Source of the DNA: an uncultured Candidatus Rokubacteria bacterium
GTDB lineage: Bacteria; Methylomirabilota; Methylomirabilia; Rokubacteriales; CSP1-6
Reading direction: 5' to 3'
Assembly (NCBI GenBank): GCA_963762145.1
Contig: CAVXJS010000011.1
Location: 864,001-928,000 of the forward strand
DNA: 64,000 nt
The notes beneath the pieces are model-generated. The model was not told the DNA's origin. It made no database searches and worked only from the letters and a program-made list of their open reading frames with translations. Shown here piece after piece: positions 54,766-64,000 of this stretch. The first letter of the stretch is position 1. Every line of letters starts with the position of its first letter. Position numbers and translations under genes: made by a program.

Positions 54766-55148
54766 TGGCCGGGCCGGGACGCCTCCTGGTCGTGATGGAT
54801 GACGAGCAAGCTCGCGGGGTGCTCGTGTCGGTGCTTCGCGCCGACGGCTACACGGTGGACGCGGTCGCCACCCCGGCCGACGGGCTCCGGCTGATCGACC
54901 GGAACGCCTACGCGGCGGTGGTGAGCGCGCTCCGCATGCCCGGGCTCGATGGGCCGGCGCTGTCCGAGGCGCTGCGCGCGCGGTGCCCGCTCGAGATGCC
55001 GGCGCTGATCTTCGTGACCCGGCCGGCCTTCACGCCCGACCTCGCGCGCTTCCTGATGGAGTCGGCGGCGTCGTTGCTGCCGTGGCCCGCTCGCCCCGCG
55101 GACGTCAGCCGGATCGTCGCCCGCTCCCTCGTCCCCACGCCCGCCTGA
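54765..55148 (+). CDS. Stand-alone atypical receiver domain
   Basis: CheY fold LLVVMDD..GYTV..VVSALRMPGLDG..LIFVT..LPWP; phospho-Asp and conserved Lys absent. Confidence 0.8.
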   Translation: MAGPGRLLVVMDDEQARGVLVSVLRADGYTVDAVATPADGLRLIDRNAYAAVVSALRMPGLDGPALSEALRARCPLEMPALIFVTRPAFTPDLARFLMESAASLLPWPARPADVSRIVARSLVPTPA

Positions 55149-55154
55149 GCGGGC

Positions 55155-55361
55155 CTAGCGGGTCGGCTCGTCCGGGACGCGGGCCTTGCCCTGCGCGCCC
55201 TGCCCCTCGCGCCGCCGGGTGAGCTCGAACGCCATGAGCCCGATCGTCACCGCGAGGATGATCCAGCCCGCCATGTCGAGGTTGACGATGAGCCATCCGA
55301 CGAGGCTGAGCGCGGCGAGGAGCCACACGATCGCGACGGAGCGGGAGCTGAGCCACTGCAT
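55155..55361 (-). CDS. Small 2-TM membrane protein
   Basis: Hydrophobic 68 aa; TTGACT-17-GATAAT 8 nt before the ATG. Confidence 0.65.
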   Translation of the reverse strand: MQWLSSRSVAIVWLLAALSLVGWLIVNLDMAGWIILAVTIGLMAFELTRRREGQGAQGKARVPDEPTR

Positions 55362-55418
55362 TGGCGACAATTATCCGGGCGGCGGGCGCGCAAGTCAAAT
55401 ACCCGCGCCGCGGCGCGC

Positions 55419-56257
55419 TCAGAGCCGACGCAGAAAGCTCTCCGGATCGTCCAGGAACGCGCGCGTGATGCGCACGTGCTCGACGTCGGCGTACGCGACC
55501 GGCGCGATCGCCCCGTCCTCGAGCAGCCGGATGTCGGCCTGCGGCAGCGCCATGAGGATCGGCGAGTGGGTGGCGACCACGAACTGGCACTCCTCGGCCA
55601 CCCGGTCGCGCAGGATGGCGAGCAGGGCGAGCACGCGCGTGGGCGACAGCGGGGTCTCGGGCTCGTCGAGGAAATAGAGCCCGCGCGGCACCAGGCGCTG
55701 CTGCAGCAGGTGCAGGAAGCTCTCCCCGTGTGAGCGCGCGTCCGGCTCCGCCCCGTACCGGCGGGTCAGCGCGGCACGCTCCTTGGCCGCCGCCCCCACC
55801 GCGAGCCGCTGCCCCCACGAGCCTTCGGGGCGCGAGGCCCGCAGCTCGTCCTCCATCGCGCGCAGGCCCGCCATCTCGCCCCCCACCCGCAGCGTGAAGC
55901 CGAACACATCCTCGGCGCGGAGGAAGAGCGTCGCGCGCGGATGGCGGGCCCGCGCGAAGCGGAACCCGCGGGCGAACGCGCGCGCTCCCGCCAGTGTGGG
56001 GTCGCGCTCGAGGTCACGCCCCCCACCGCGACCGCTCCCGCGCCCGCGGCGAGGCCTTCCAGGAGGGTGGACTTGCCGCAGCCGTTCTCCCCCACCAGGA
56101 AGGTGACGGGCGCCCGGAAATCGAGGCGCTCGAGGTCGCGGAAGAGCGGCAGCGTGAAGGGAAACTGCGCGGGCTCCCGCGCGGCCGCGGCGCGGCGGAT
56201 GCCGGTCAGGAAGAGCCCGGACCGCGTCGCGGCCTTGCGGGAGCCCGCCCGCTTCAC
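55419..56257 (-). CDS. AAA/ABC-type ATPase (COG3910-like; frameshift near 56020)
   Basis: PVTFLVGENGCGKSTLLE, FLRAED, SHGESF, LDEPETPLSP, ATHSPILMA. Confidence 0.85.
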
Positions 56258-56285
56258 GCGGCCCGGCTAGCGCAGCTCCGGCCCA

Positions 56286-57257
56286 CTAGCGCAGCTCGGG
56301 AATGACCCAGAGCGGCTTGTCGCCGCGGGCCACGCGCTGCACGTTGTCGAAGGCGTTGCGGAAGGCCTTGAACCAGTTGTCCCAGGTGGGGCCCGCGGTG
56401 TGCGGGGTGAACGTCACGTTCTCGAGCGCGAACAGCGGATGGTTCGCGATCGGCGGCTCCTCCAGCATGACGTCGAGGCCCGCCGCCGCGATGACCTTGC
56501 TGGTCAGCGCGGTGTGGAGCGCGGTCTCGTCCACCACCGGACCCCGGCACGTATTGATCAGCACCGCGGAGGGCCGCATCGTGCCCATCTCGCGCGCGCC
56601 GAACATGTTGCGGGTCATCGCGTTGAGCGGCACGTGGAGCGAGACGATGTCGGCGGTGCGCAGCAGCTCGGGCATGAGCATGAAGCGAACCCCGAGGGCG
56701 TCCTCCGCGTCCTCGGCCAGGCGCGCGATGTCGTAGTAGACGATCTTCATGTCGAACGCGGCGGCCCGGCGCGCCACCTTCTTGCCGATGGTGCCGAGGC
56801 CGATGATGCCGAGGGTCTTGCCCTCCAGCTCGTAGGTCCGGTTCGAGGCGAAGTCCCCCACCCGCCACTTGCCGGTGATCACGTTGCCGTGGTGCCAGGA
56901 GAGCTTGCGGTAGACCGCGAGCATCAGCATCAGGGTGTGCTCGGCCACCGCCACCGAGTTCGACCCGCCGTTATTGGCCACCGGCACCCCCGCCCGCTTC
57001 GCCGCCGCCACGTCGAGCCGGTCGTAGCCGGCGCTGATGAGCTGGACCAGCTTGAGGCCCGAGGCCGCCTTGAAGAACTCGCTGTTCAGCTCCGGGCGCG
57101 GGAATCCCACGTAGTACGCCGCGTCCGGAAGCGCCGCGGTGAACTCGGGCGTGCCCGCGTCGACCACGACCAGCTCGTAGCCGGCCGGGACGAAGCTCCG
57201 CGCGATGTCGAGCATCGCCGGGGGGAACTTGGGAGACACGATGATCTTGGTGGCCAC
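56286..57257 (-). CDS. D-isomer specific 2-hydroxyacid dehydrogenase
   Basis: SAGYD, VAEH, LGIIGLGTIG, SLHVPL, INTCRG, GLDV..EP, TPHTAG; GGAGG RBS before GTG. Confidence 0.93.
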   Translation of the reverse strand: MATKIIVSPKFPPAMLDIARSFVPAGYELVVVDAGTPEFTAALPDAAYYVGFPRPELNSEFFKAASGLKLVQLISAGYDRLDVAAAKRAGVPVANNGGSNSVAVAEHTLMLMLAVYRKLSWHHGNVITGKWRVGDFASNRTYELEGKTLGIIGLGTIGKKVARRAAAFDMKIVYYDIARLAEDAEDALGVRFMLMPELLRTADIVSLHVPLNAMTRNMFGAREMGTMRPSAVLINTCRGPVVDETALHTALTSKVIAAAGLDVMLEEPPIANHPLFALENVTFTPHTAGPTWDNWFKAFRNAFDNVQRVARGDKPLWVIPELR

Positions 57258-57469
57258 GGGAGCCTCCTCTGGCTGGGGGGTGTGGGGCGGCGTCACGCGC
57301 GCCAGTATACGGCTTCGGCCGGCGTCGCGTCGGCGGGGCTGGGGGCAGCATCTCTTGCGCGGGGGCCCGGCCTCCAGGCTGGGTACTCGTCTGCCCAGCC
57401 TCGCACCGCGCTTTCTCTGCAGTCTCAGCCGATACCACGCAACTGGCGATAATTGCGAAGATTTCTGTG

Positions 57470-57485
57470 TGGTCCGCCCCTTGCT
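57470..57485 (+). promoter_or_regulatory. Putative sigma54 promoter
   Basis: TGGTCC-GCCCC-TTGCT with correct GG-N10-GC spacing, ~37 nt before ATG 57523. Confidence 0.5.
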
Positions 57486-57522
57486 CTCTTCTGGAGGCAT
57501 CAACGACAGGGGGACGATCCCG

Positions 57523-57765
57523 ATGAAGCGCTACGTGCTGACCCTGGCCTGGATCCTCTGGGCCCACGAGACCGCGCAGGTGGGCGATCAGATCGTCGAC
57601 CGCGGCTACACCGCGATCGACTCCTTCGAGACGCGTCAGCTCTGCCACGCCGCCATGACGGACTACGCGGGGCTCAAGCTCGTCCGGCAGGGCAAGATCC
57701 GCGTGGAGTTCAGCTGCCTGCCCGAGAAGACGAGCCCGAAGCCGCCGCGCTCCGCCGTCGGCTAG
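57523..57765 (+). CDS. Small secreted/membrane hypothetical protein with two Cys
   Basis: MKRYVLTLAWILW..FETRQLC..FSCLP. Confidence 0.65.
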   Translation: MKRYVLTLAWILWAHETAQVGDQIVDRGYTAIDSFETRQLCHAAMTDYAGLKLVRQGKIRVEFSCLPEKTSPKPPRSAVG

Positions 57766-57796
57766 CCCGGGGCGGGTCCGGCCCGCGCGCTCGGGC

Positions 57797-59029
57797 TCAG
57801 GCCCCGTTGCGGTGCACCGGCGGGGCCGGCTGGCTGATGCCGACCGGCGCGTTGGCCTCGAAGGGGCTCCAGAGCCCCAGCTCCTTGCCCATCTCGCGCA
57901 CCGCCGGGAGCACCTCCTGCCCGAGCAGCCGGATGCAGTTGGTGGCGTCCGCGTTGCTCACGAATCCGTCGCTCGCCCAGAGCCCCAGGATGGACGGGCG
58001 CGTCTCCTCGAGGAGGCGGCGGAACTTGGGGAGCACCGTCTTCGGCGTTCCCGCGATGATCTGCTGATCGCGGATCTGATCCTCGAAGGTGGCGGCCCGC
58101 GGGTTCGAGCCGCGGCCCACCGCGTACTCCACGAAGGCCTTGCGGTAGGACGGCGAGAAGTAGCCCGACGGGCTCGACCACACCGGGTGGGCCAGGCCGG
58201 TGAACTCGCCCTGCATCCACATGAACTGCCGCGCGTTGGCGAGCGCCTTCTCCTCGGTGTCGGCCACGTGCACGCGCTGGAGATACCCGCGGTTCTCCGG
58301 CCCGCTGGTGTAGCCGGCCTCCGCGGCGACCGAGTCGTAGAGCTCCCAGATCTTCTTGGTCGCCTCGATCGCGGTGCTGAGCGCGATGTAGGGATAGCGC
58401 TGGCGCGCGGCCCAGATGATCGTCTCCTTGCTGAGCACGCCGGGAATCCAGATGCGCGGGTGCGGCTTCTGCAGCGGAACCGCCCAGGGGTTCACCACCC
58501 GGTGCTGGTAGTGGGTGCCCTCGAAGCGGAAGGGGCCCTCCTGGGTCCACGCCCGCACGATCAGCTCGTGGGCCTCCTCGAAGCGCTCGCGGTTGAAGGC
58601 GGGGTTCACCCCGGTGGCGAGCTGCTCCTGGCCGCCGCCCCGCACGAAGCCGGAGACGAGCCGGCCGCGCGAGACCATGTCGATCATGGCGAGCTCTTCC
58701 GCGAGGCGCACCGGATTGTCGGCGAGGGGCAGCGGATTGCCGAGCAGGACGATCTTCACGCGCTTGGTCGTCGCGGCCAGGATCGACGCGAAGACGTTGC
58801 ACTTGGCCTGCATGCAGAACGGCGCGTTGTGGTGCTCGTTGAGCATGATGCCGTCGAAGCCCACTTCCTCGGCGAGCCGGTAGTGCTCGAGGTACTCGTT
58901 GTAGAGCCGGCTACCCGCCACCGGATCGAAGTGACGGTTCGAGAACATCAGCGCGGTGGCTCCCCGCTTGCGTCCCTCGTCCGCGGGATACGCCGACATC
59001 GGCTGTTCCGTGAAGTACATGAGGTGCAT
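57797..59029 (-). CDS. LLM class (luciferase-like) flavin-dependent monooxygenase
   Basis: EEVGFDGIMLNEHH, NPVRLAEELAMID..SRGRLVSGFVRG, PLQKPHPRIW. Confidence 0.9.
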   Translation of the reverse strand: MHLMYFTEQPMSAYPADEGRKRGATALMFSNRHFDPVAGSRLYNEYLEHYRLAEEVGFDGIMLNEHHNAPFCMQAKCNVFASILAATTKRVKIVLLGNPLPLADNPVRLAEELAMIDMVSRGRLVSGFVRGGGQEQLATGVNPAFNRERFEEAHELIVRAWTQEGPFRFEGTHYQHRVVNPWAVPLQKPHPRIWIPGVLSKETIIWAARQRYPYIALSTAIEATKKIWELYDSVAAEAGYTSGPENRGYLQRVHVADTEEKALANARQFMWMQGEFTGLAHPVWSSPSGYFSPSYRKAFVEYAVGRGSNPRAATFEDQIRDQQIIAGTPKTVLPKFRRLLEETRPSILGLWASDGFVSNADATNCIRLLGQEVLPAVREMGKELGLWSPFEANAPVGISQPAPPVHRNGA

Positions 59030-59041
59030 GAGGTCCCCCGA

Positions 59042-59836
59042 TCAGGCCTGGGCGAACGGCACGATGAGTTTCGCGAGCGCTTCGGGCTGCTCCATCTCGA
59101 GGAAGTGGCCGGCGCCGTCCACGACGCTGAGCCGGTTCTTGGGCAGCGCGCGGGCGTACTGCTCCCCCACCCCGACCGGCACGATCCGGTCCTGCCGCCC
59201 CCACACGATCAGGGTCTCGGTCTGCACGCCCCCCAGCAGGGGCGGCAGCGTCGGGTTGTACATGTAGGGCTTCCATGCGATGCGGAACGTCATCTCCCGG
59301 TTGAGGTCCCACTGCTCGAGCAGCGGGGTCGGCGGGTCGGCGGTGAACAGCCGCTCGAAGGCCTTCTGATCCTCGAAACCCGCCCGCACGTAGTCGATGT
59401 AGCTCACGAGGGCCTGGTCGAGGATCTCGCCCTCCGCGGGCTTGATGCCCATCGCGCCGACGAGCACCAGCTTCCGGAACGCGCGCGGCGACATGGTGGC
59501 CATCTCGGCCGCGATCCAGCCGCCGAAGCCGAGGCCGACGAGGGCCACGTCGGCCAGGCCCCGCTGGGCCAGCAGGGCCTGATAGGTCACCGCGACGTCC
59601 CGCACGCTCCGCATGAAGGCGGGGCGCTCGGAGCCGTCGTAGCCCGGATGCGAGGGCAGCAGCAGCGTGAAGCGGTCGGCGAGCGCGTCGTAGAACGGCA
59701 GCTGCTCGGGCGTGCCGATATCGTGATGCAGCACGAGCAGCGGCGCGCCACGGCCGGCGGTACGTAGTCTTACGGAGGACCCGGCGACCCGGACCTCCTC
59801 GGTGGTCCACGCGAGCGCGGAGGTCGTCGGGGTCAT
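59042..59836 (-). CDS. Alpha/beta hydrolase fold protein lacking the nucleophile Ser
   Basis: PLLVLHHDIG, PSHPGYDGS, LVGLGFGGWIAAE, WGRQDRIVP, GAGHFL. Confidence 0.85.
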   Translation of the reverse strand: MTPTTSALAWTTEEVRVAGSSVRLRTAGRGAPLLVLHHDIGTPEQLPFYDALADRFTLLLPSHPGYDGSERPAFMRSVRDVAVTYQALLAQRGLADVALVGLGFGGWIAAEMATMSPRAFRKLVLVGAMGIKPAEGEILDQALVSYIDYVRAGFEDQKAFERLFTADPPTPLLEQWDLNREMTFRIAWKPYMYNPTLPPLLGGVQTETLIVWGRQDRIVPVGVGEQYARALPKNRLSVVDGAGHFLEMEQPEALAKLIVPFAQA

Positions 59837-59849
59837 GGCAGCGACGCTA

Positions 59850-61034
59850 TCAAATCGGCCTCCGCGCCGCAAGCCGCGCGCCCAGATCGATGAGGAGCGC
59901 GAGGGTCAGCGCCGCCGCGCCCACCGCGAACAGCGTGGTGTAGTGGCCGCCGCGCGCGAAGAGAAACGAGAGACCGTAGGCGCCGGCCGCCTGCCCCAGC
60001 GCGAAGGCCATCGTGGTCACGCTCCACGCGGCGCGCTGCCCCTCCGCGTCGTCGGGCACCAGCTCGTGCACGCGCCCGAGGACGAGCGGCACGATGCCGG
60101 GCACCGCCGCGCCGATCGCGAGGCTCGACGCCGCGATCCAGAAGGGCGCCGCGGTCACGAGGGGCAGCGCCACCGCCGCAGCCTGGACCGCGAGCGCCAG
60201 GCGCAGCGCGAATGCGAAGCCGACGCGGTCGGCGAGGAAGCCGGCCAGCACGGGGCCGACCACCGCGCCGAGGCCGAAGAGCACCCAGTAGCGCGCGCCC
60301 GCGTGGATGCCCCGTCCGAGGCCGCGCGCGACGAAGTCCACGAGGAAGACCATGTGCGGCACGAGGCCCGTCGCGTTCAACGCGTACTCGGCGTACAGCG
60401 CGCGCAGTGGGGCGGCGGCGGGGGGCCGTCGGGACCGGCCGGTCGGCGTCGTCGCCGGCATCGCGTCCTCCCCGGTCCAGCCCCCCCAGGCCAGCGCGGT
60501 CAGCACCAGCGAGAGAAGACCGAGGCCACACCAGGTCGCGACGAGGCCCGCCTGCAGCAGCAGCGGGACCACGGTGCCCGAGGCCATGATGCCGAGGCCG
60601 ACGCCGGTGAAGATGGCGCCGCCCGCGAGGCCGCGCCGCTCCGGCGGCACGTGCGGCAGCACGGAGGGCGCGGCCAGGACCATCACCACCCCGCCTGCGA
60701 CGCCGGAGGCGAAGCGCCAGAGAAAGAACCAGGCGAAGGACAGCGGCAGCGCGCAGGCGAAGAAGGCGACGGTGACCAGCGCCATCATGCCGCGCAGCAT
60801 TCGCGGGGCGCCGGCCCGGCGCGCGAGCGATCGCGCGCAGAGTGCGCCGCCCAGGTAGCCGGCCAGGTTCGCGGCGCCGAGGTAGGCGGCCTGGGAGGCG
60901 GGGAACCAGGCCTCGGTGATCAGGACCGGCAGCAGCGGGGTGTAGGCAAAGCGGGCGAGGCCGATGCCGACCAGGCTCGCGCAGAGCCCGGCCAGCGTCA
61001 GACGCCAGGCATGCCGGGTGCCCGGACCGCTCAC
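59850..61034 (-). CDS. YbfB/YjiJ family MFS transporter
   Basis: GIGLARFAYTPLLP, AAYLGAANLAGYLGG, multiple TM helices. Confidence 0.88.
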   Translation of the reverse strand: MSGPGTRHAWRLTLAGLCASLVGIGLARFAYTPLLPVLITEAWFPASQAAYLGAANLAGYLGGALCARSLARRAGAPRMLRGMMALVTVAFFACALPLSFAWFFLWRFASGVAGGVVMVLAAPSVLPHVPPERRGLAGGAIFTGVGLGIMASGTVVPLLLQAGLVATWCGLGLLSLVLTALAWGGWTGEDAMPATTPTGRSRRPPAAAPLRALYAEYALNATGLVPHMVFLVDFVARGLGRGIHAGARYWVLFGLGAVVGPVLAGFLADRVGFAFALRLALAVQAAAVALPLVTAAPFWIAASSLAIGAAVPGIVPLVLGRVHELVPDDAEGQRAAWSVTTMAFALGQAAGAYGLSFLFARGGHYTTLFAVGAAALTLALLIDLGARLAARRPI

Positions 61035-61051
61035 CCCGAACCCGTCCGCGG

Positions 61052-61906
61052 TCAGCGGGGATGGAACGCGGGCGGCGGGACCGCGTCGCGCAGCCAGCGC
61101 TCGCCGTCGTAGAGCGTGAACGGGGGCCGCTCGTCGCCGATGACGCTCACGTGACTGACGAGGCCCTCCGCGGGGCCGAGCCAGAGGTGCAGCATGCAGG
61201 CCGGCGGCTCCATCACCACCGCCAGACGGGGCTCGGCGGCCAGATCGAGCGCGAGCTGATGCGCGGTCGCGGGACAGGTGGTGGCCACCGTGCCGCCGAA
61301 CCGTCGCGTCATCGGGCGATGCACGTGCCCGCACAGCACGCGCTCGACCTGCGGATGACGGGCGATCACCGCGGCCAGCTCCGCCTTGCCCTCGAGCCCC
61401 ATCGCGTCCATGGCGCGCATGCCGGTCACGAAGGGCGGGTGATGCATGAACACCACCGTCGGTCGCTCCCGCCCCTCGCCCAGCCGGGCGTCGAGCCAGG
61501 CGAGGCGCTCGGCGCAGAGGCGGCCGCCCGCCGCGCCGGGCACGTGGGTGTCGAGACCGATGAGGCGGACGGGCCAGTGCTCGACCGTGTAGTGGAGGAA
61601 GCCGCCGTCGCGCGGCAGGTAGCCCCGGTCGCCGAAGGCGTGGGCCAGAGGGCCGCGCGCGTCGTGGTTGCCCGGGATCACGTAGAGCGGCATCGCGAGG
61701 CCGTCCAGGATCGCGCGCAGCCGCGCGTACTCGGCCGGCTCGCCGCGCTCGACGAGATCGCCGGTGGCGAGGACCACGTCCGGCCGCGGCGCGAGGCCGT
61801 TCAGATGGGCCACCGCGCGCGCCAGGTGCTCCGCGGTGCGGAAGTGCCGATCGTTCACGCTGCCGGGGGTGCTGATGTGCAGATCGGTGATCTGGGCGAT
61901 GAGCAT
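61052..61906 (-). CDS. CpdA/GpdQ-like metallophosphoesterase
   Basis: QITDLH, TGDL, PGNHD, MHHPP, CGHVH; TATGAT 6 nt before the ATG. Confidence 0.92.
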   Translation of the reverse strand: MLIAQITDLHISTPGSVNDRHFRTAEHLARAVAHLNGLAPRPDVVLATGDLVERGEPAEYARLRAILDGLAMPLYVIPGNHDARGPLAHAFGDRGYLPRDGGFLHYTVEHWPVRLIGLDTHVPGAAGGRLCAERLAWLDARLGEGRERPTVVFMHHPPFVTGMRAMDAMGLEGKAELAAVIARHPQVERVLCGHVHRPMTRRFGGTVATTCPATAHQLALDLAAEPRLAVVMEPPACMLHLWLGPAEGLVSHVSVIGDERPPFTLYDGERWLRDAVPPPAFHPR

Positions 61907-62036
61907 GCCTCGATCATACTCCGCGCGGATGTCGCGCGCTCGCGGCCGGTCTAGCCTTGACTCGGTCGAACCTTTCTCCCATAGTTTGACGCGACGGGAT
62001 CGATTCCATCGACGTGCATTCACCAGGAGGCGGGCC

Positions 62037-63020
62037 ATGGCGGGGACGAACGCGCTGACGTACAAGGTCGTCGAGGGCTGGGAGCAGCTCCCCAAGGGCT
62101 ACGAGCACCGCGACGTGGCGGGCGTGGCGGTGGACGCGGAGGACCGCGTCTTCCTGATCTGTCGCGGCGACCACCCGATCATGGTCTACGATCACGCGGG
62201 CAAGTTCCTCTCCTCGTGGGGCGAGGGCCAGTTCACCTACCGGACCCACGGCATCACCATCGGCCCGGACGGCAGCGTCTACTGCACCGACGACGGCAAC
62301 CACACGGTGCGGAAGTTCACCCCGCAGGGCAAGCTGCTGCTCACGCTCGGCACCATGGACAAGCCGTCCGACACCGGCTACGACGGCAAGGACACCATGA
62401 CGGTGTCGCGCCCCGGCGTTGCCTTCAACCGCCCGACGAACCTCGCGGTGGGCCCGAAGGGCGATCTCTACGTCTCCGACGGCTACGGCAACTGCCGCGT
62501 GCACCAGTTCTCCCCGAGCGGGGACCTGAAGCGCTCGTGGGGCGTGCCCGGCAAGGGGCCCGGCCAGTTCATCCTGCCTCACGGGATCGCGGCCGCCGCG
62601 GACGGGCGCATCTTCGTCTGCGACCGGGAGAACGATCGCATCCAGATCTTCAGCCCCGACGGCGAGTACCTCTCGGAGTGGACCGACACCCAGCGGCCGA
62701 CGCACCTCGTGTTCGATCCGCAGGGGCGCGCCTACGTCTCGGAGCTGTGGTGGCACAAGGGCCAGACCTCGCAGCGCCACGGCCCCATCACCGAGGCGCG
62801 GTACGGGCGGGTGAGCGTGTTCGACCGCGACGGCCGTCTCCTCACCCGCTGGGGCACGCCCGATCAGGCCGCGCCCGGCAGCTTCGCGGCGCCTCACGGC
62901 ATCGCGGTGGACTCGAGCCGGAACATCTTCGTGGCCGAGGTCACCTGGACCTTCGCGGTGAGCCGCAACCTGGTCGAGAGCGGGTGCCACACCTTCCAGA
63001 AGTTCTCGCTCGCGGCCTGA
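62037..63020 (+). CDS. NHL-repeat protein (peptidyl-alpha-hydroxyglycine lyase-like)
   Basis: THGITI, FNRPTNLAV..YVSDGYGNCRV, PHGIA..DRENDRIQIF. Confidence 0.88.
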   Translation: MAGTNALTYKVVEGWEQLPKGYEHRDVAGVAVDAEDRVFLICRGDHPIMVYDHAGKFLSSWGEGQFTYRTHGITIGPDGSVYCTDDGNHTVRKFTPQGKLLLTLGTMDKPSDTGYDGKDTMTVSRPGVAFNRPTNLAVGPKGDLYVSDGYGNCRVHQFSPSGDLKRSWGVPGKGPGQFILPHGIAAAADGRIFVCDRENDRIQIFSPDGEYLSEWTDTQRPTHLVFDPQGRAYVSELWWHKGQTSQRHGPITEARYGRVSVFDRDGRLLTRWGTPDQAAPGSFAAPHGIAVDSSRNIFVAEVTWTFAVSRNLVESGCHTFQKFSLAA

Positions 63021-63035
63021 GGAGGCCCTCGCCCG

Positions 63036-64000
63036 ATGGATCACCCGAGCTCGAAGAACGGAAGCAGCACCAACGGCAGCCACGCCCCGATGGGCCGGCG
63101 GCGCCTGCTCAAGACCGGCGGGGCGGCGCTGGCTCTGACCGCAGCGGGGGCCGCCGCGGGACTGCCGCGCCGCGCGGCCGCCCAGGGCAAGGCGGGCGGG
63201 ACGCTCACGTTCGCGAGCACCGCGCTGCCGCCGAGCCTGGAGCCGCACATGCAGGGGCTCGATATCTGGCAGCGCCGCAAGCCCCTGCTCTACGAGAACC
63301 TGGTCTGGATCGACTACGGGCTCGAGCCCAAGCCGGAGCTCGCCGAGCGCTGGGAGCAGAAGTCGCCCACCGAGTACGTCTTCCATCTGCGCCGCGGCGT
63401 GCGATTCCACAGCGGCAAGGAGATGGACGCGGAGGACGTCAAGTACTCCTACGAGCGGGTGCGCGACCCCAAGGTGAGCCCGGGGGCCAACGACCTCGCC
63501 TACGTGAGCCAGATCGACGCGGTGGACAAGTACACCGTGCGCTTCGTCCTCTCCGCGCCCGCCGCGACCTTCCTGGCCAACCTGGGCGGCAAGTACAACG
63601 GCGTCATCCCGAAGGACGCGGGCGGCGACGGCAAGGCGCTGCTGACCACCGCGGTCGGCACCGGCCCGTTCGCGCTGGACGGCTTCGACCCGAGCCGGCG
63701 GCTCGCGCTCAAGCGGCACGCCCAGTACTGGGGCGCGCAGAAGCCCCTGCTCGACGCCATCGTGTTCCAGGCGATCCCGGACGAGTCGTCGATCGTGGCC
63801 GGCCTGCGCACGGGCCAGATCACGCTGGCCGAGTTCTCCTCGGCGCTGTCGTTCCAGGTGGCCAAGACGGTGCCGACGCTGGAGACGACCCAGGCGCCGT
63901 CCACCCGGTGGGTGGTGCTCGATCTGGCCGGCGATCAGGAGCCGACCAGCAAGGTCGAGGTGCGCCAGGCCATCGCGCTGGCCCTCGATCGCGCGGCCAT
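63036..64000 (+). CDS. ABC transporter substrate-binding protein family 5 with Tat signal (3' truncated)
   Basis: GRRRLLK Tat motif, PELAERWE, YVFHLRRGVRFHSG, AVGTGPF. Confidence 0.9.
   Translation, partial: MDHPSSKNGSSTNGSHAPMGRRRLLKTGGAALALTAAGAAAGLPRRAAAQGKAGGTLTFASTALPPSLEPHMQGLDIWQRRKPLLYENLVWIDYGLEPKPELAERWEQKSPTEYVFHLRRGVRFHSGKEMDAEDVKYSYERVRDPKVSPGANDLAYVSQIDAVDKYTVRFVLSAPAATFLANLGGKYNGVIPKDAGGDGKALLTTAVGTGPFALDGFDPSRRLALKRHAQYWGAQKPLLDAIVFQAIPDESSIVAGLRTGQITLAEFSSALSFQVAKTVPTLETTQAPSTRWVVLDLAGDQEPTSKVEVRQAIALALDRAA

Overview
Very GC-rich bacterial chromosome segment. Gene content and order suggest a diderm soil-type organism such as Candidatus Rokubacteria/Methylomirabilota, but this is inference only. 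The first ~47 kb is core housekeeping: uvrB/uvrC, leuS-lptE-holA, rpsT/murJ, xerD-cca-pyrG-kdsA-kdsD-kdsC-lptCAB-rpoN-hpf-rapZ-GH57, metK, UPF0182, a fused lptFG, valS-birA-coaX, guaB3-guaA, an intein-containing dnaE, accA and miaB. The rest is accessory: GT4, a phenylacetate-CoA ligase with a lone PaaA/BoxB-like diiron protein, a mini-secretin-like protein, a papain-fold protein, bactofilin, a pseudo-receiver domain, an LLM monooxygenase with a nucleophile-less alpha/beta hydrolase, an MFS transporter, CpdA, an NHL protein and an ABC substrate-binding protein. Many essential genes carry single-base frameshifts, most likely assembly errors. No rRNA, tRNA, CRISPR or transposase was seen. The most notable signals are: related hairpin elements inserted in-frame in leuS and cca; a perfect 25-bp inverted repeat; a sigma54 site over the start of the rpoN operon; a leader ORF plus terminator upstream of xerD; bidirectional and leaderless promoters; a DnaE mini-intein; and a tightly coupled aryl-CoA ligase/diiron oxygenase/mini-secretin/papain-fold module.
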